NCBI GenBank assembly: GCA_964016885.1
Contig: OZ024741.1
Location: 351,478,001 to 351,542,000 of the forward strand
DNA: 64,000 nt
Reading direction: 5' to 3'
Source: Eledone cirrhosa
Lineage: Eukaryota
Part shown: positions 61,441 to 64,000 of the stretch, piece by piece
How the letters are laid out: every line of letters begins with the position of its first letter
Numbering within the stretch: position 1 is the stretch's first letter
Made by a program: the position numbers and the translations under genes
Notes under the pieces: generated by a model
Databases searched by the model: none
What the model was told of the DNA's origin: nothing
The model's input: only the letters and a program-made list of their open reading frames with translations

Positions 61441-61868
61441 GGTACCTAGTGTATAATTTGTACATAATGTTCTAGCAGGCGGTAGTTTTTAGCAAGGGTG
61501 GTTTGGCTATTTTGGGGAATGAGGAGAGTAATGGCAGTTGATAACCAGTATTGAACCATGTATTTCATATTGTTTTGTCTGGACATACTGGCAGTACTCG
61601 TGTTCCAGTTCTTTTAGCCATATAGCTTGTCATTTGCTTCCCATAAAGATCTCCAGTAGCTCTCAACCTGTCCTTTTGTAGGGGCGTCATTTACAGAGAT
61701 TGAGCATGCATGCATCGACAACCGATGTTTCCATTGGTCTTTCCAATTACTAGTACTATTTATCGATCGTAACTCCAGGAAGAAGGAGGAACGAGAAATA
61801 AAGTGTCTTGCTCAAGGATATAACGCATCGCCCGGAAAACAATTCTCTAACCACTCAGCCACGCGCCT

Positions 61869-61925
<57 letters not shown>

Positions 61926-62060
61926 ACTAGAAATAGATTGACATATATATATATAAAATAAACATATGAAACAATCACAGGGAATAATTTGTAAAGAATG
62001 TAAGCACACATAGCTAGGTAGGTAACTAATTAAAGTTTAACTAGAACTTCAAATGATTAA

Positions 62061-62155
62061 TCTCCTTTGTATATATTTCTTTAAGTAAGAAATATATTTC
62101 ACCAATTAATCCGGAAATCACAGTAGTCAAATTCCCGGATGGTCACCAAAGGAGA
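62061..62155 (-). ncRNA. Hammerhead with G3:C8 core
   Basis: tctcctttg GTGACCA t ccgg...ttgg t GAA atatatttct/agaaatatat A caaaggaga. Confidence 0.72.
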
Positions 62156-62478
62156 AGAAGATAACTATCTGCGTTTACAAAGCAAATGCAAATCTGTGAA
62201 TGACTCGAAGCACGTGTTGCATTTTAAAAAAAATACACAGATTGGACAACGTCATCCCAGTGGCGTGAATAGGACCAAATTTTGGATATATATACGGCCC
62301 CTTGATTGTTGAGCTAATTCAGTTGAATAGACTCGGCTGCTATTTCTGGCTGTCGATGGTCCTATTCACGCCACTGGGATGACGTTGTCCAATCTGTGTA
62401 TTTTTTTTTAAATGCAACACGTGGTTCGAGTCATTCACAGATTTGCATTTGCTTTGTAAACGCAGATAGTTATCTTCT

Positions 62479-62573
62479 TCTCCTTTGGTGACCATCAGGG
62501 AATTTGACTACTGTGATTTCCGGATTAATTGGTGAAATATATTTCTTACTTAAAGAAATATATACAAAGGAGA
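62479..62573 (+). ncRNA. Hammerhead with G3:C8 core
   Basis: GTGACCA 62488-62494; GAAA 62534-62537; 10-bp stem III, 9-bp stem I; stem II weak. Confidence 0.68.
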
Positions 62574-62826
62574 TTAATCATTTTAAAAGGTATCTATATT
62601 TGAGGTTCTAGTTAAACTTTAATTAGTTACCTACCTAGCTATGTGTGCTGACATTCTTTACAAATTATTCCCTGTGATTGTTTCATATGTTTATTTTATA
62701 TATATATATATGTCAATCTATTTCTAGTTGATATGTAATGCTCGGATCTTTTCGTTGGAATCTTTGAGCTTATTCTACAGTGGATATGGCGCATGTCTCT
62801 CAGACATGAAAACCCTTAATTTTAAT

Positions 62827-62908
<82 letters not shown>

Positions 62909-63106
62909 CGTTTAGCAAGATTCTTTATCTGAAATCGTGTGTTGAAACCGATATTGTTATACTTTGGAGGGTCATGTTGCCAATAAGAAACACACGCACC
63001 AGTTGCTTTCACTTCAATTTATTATAATAAATTTATAATAAATATATAAATTTATAAATTTATGGTTGGTTGGTTGGTTCCACAACCAGATAGTTGTTTA
63101 TATATT

Positions 63107-63149
63107 GTCATAGTTCTTTCGTCACACACTCTGTGACCTCTTCTGTGAC
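63107..63149 (-). ncRNA. Minimal hammerhead (CAGAAGA core) in the 3' UTR of the adjacent PLE
   Basis: gtca CAGAAGA g gtcaca-gagtg-tgtgac GAA ag-aa-ct A tgac. Confidence 0.65.
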
Positions 63150-63380
63150 TGGGGATTCCTTTCTTTGTTTCTGTGCCTCTCCTTTGTTCTGTCCTACGCC
63201 ATTTTGTTTCTGTGTGTGTGTTGTGTGCTCAGTCTGCGCATGCGCCACATCCGGGTGTCTGTGTGTGTTTATGTTCATTTATTTATTTGTTTATTTACAT
63301 GTTACTGGTTGGTTGTTTGTTCTATGTGTGTGTGTGTTTTCATTTTGTCCTTAATTGTAAGTTGTGATGTTGCTGTTCCA

Positions 63381-64000
63381 CTAATATTTTCTATTTAATT
63401 TTTGTTGTAATTCTTTTATGTTTATTGCCTCTGTAATTTGTCTAAACATTGCGTCTTTTCTGTGTGTAGATTCTATTTTTATTTCTATGCTCTCTAATTT
63501 ACCCTTGTGTTCTATTTTAGCATGTTGGTAGAGTACAGATGATTCTTTACTATCTTGAAGGTCTCGCCAGTGTTCATTTATCCGTTCCCCTACACTACGA
63601 GCTGTCTCACCTATGTACACTATATTTTTGTCTCTACATTGTCCTTCAGTACATCTTATGCTATATACTACATTTCTAGTTTTACAGTTAATATGGGGGC
63701 TTATTTTACAGGTTATACATTTCTTATCTATACATGAGGGTCTTTGAAAAGGGTATGTCTTGCTAATAAGTGTTTTTACGGAGGTACCTGGTCTTTCTAC
63801 TATCTTAATATTGAATTTATGTTTATTTAGGGCCCTTCTAAATTTGTAAGCTAATTCACCTCTAGGGGTTGTATCGATGAACATTACACTCTGGTATTTA
63901 TTGCTATCATACCATGAGTTTATTCTATTAGCCTTGTTCCTAGTTCTTTCTATTCTATTCCAAAATTTGCTCCTATACAAGGGGCAGGTCCCATTTATGT
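63381..64000 (-). CDS. C-terminal GIY-YIG endonuclease of a second Penelope-like family; ORF runs off the window
   Basis: IKIVERPG, C..C, NCKTRNVVYSIRC, YIGETARS..ER..EH, RQITEA..I, LN.K. Confidence 0.88.
   Translation of the reverse strand, partial: INGTCPLYRSKFWNRIERTRNKANRINSWYDSNKYQSVMFIDTTPRGELAYKFRRALNKHKFNIKIVERPGTSVKTLISKTYPFQRPSCIDKKCITCKISPHINCKTRNVVYSIRCTEGQCRDKNIVYIGETARSVGERINEHWRDLQDSKESSVLYQHAKIEHKGKLESIEIKIESTHRKDAMFRQITEAINIKELQQKLNRKY

Larger units (their letters stand above)
61921..62830. mobile_element. Inverted-repeat form of the 548-bp hammerhead unit
   Basis: Arms 61921-62277 and 62357-62733; 62281-62830 is colinear with 1806-2361; (TA)n both sides. Confidence 0.88.

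Overview
AT-rich, microsatellite-dense eukaryotic intergenic/intronic DNA. An octopus-like cephalopod origin is my inference from the SINEs and the (TA)n/(CA)n/(TACA)n load, not a database result. I can support no host protein-coding gene, rRNA or CRISPR array. The window is a patchwork of mobile DNA: R4/Dong-type RLE non-LTR retrotransposons, Tx1-like LINEs, RTE remnants plus a bipartite RTE-derived element, two tRNA-derived SINE families, two mariner remnants, hAT/mariner MITEs, a ~68-bp satellite and Penelope-like elements (PLEs), including a Naiad-like element split across an inverted pair. The main hidden signal is about 19 near-complete type I hammerhead ribozyme motifs plus several partial ones, found by eye on both strands. 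They belong to many sequence families and mostly lie in short ORF-less cassettes or fold-back inverted repeats between (TA)n tracts. Three carry a compensatory G3:C8 core (GUGACCA), and one family forms a 548-bp tandem, retrozyme-like unit. Junctions also suggest microsatellite-specific targeting: (TA)n for PLEs, (TACA)n for R4-like and RTE-derived elements, and (ATT)n for a Tx1-like LINE whose 3' tail resembles the main SINE's. All folds were paired manually; degraded element edges are approximate.
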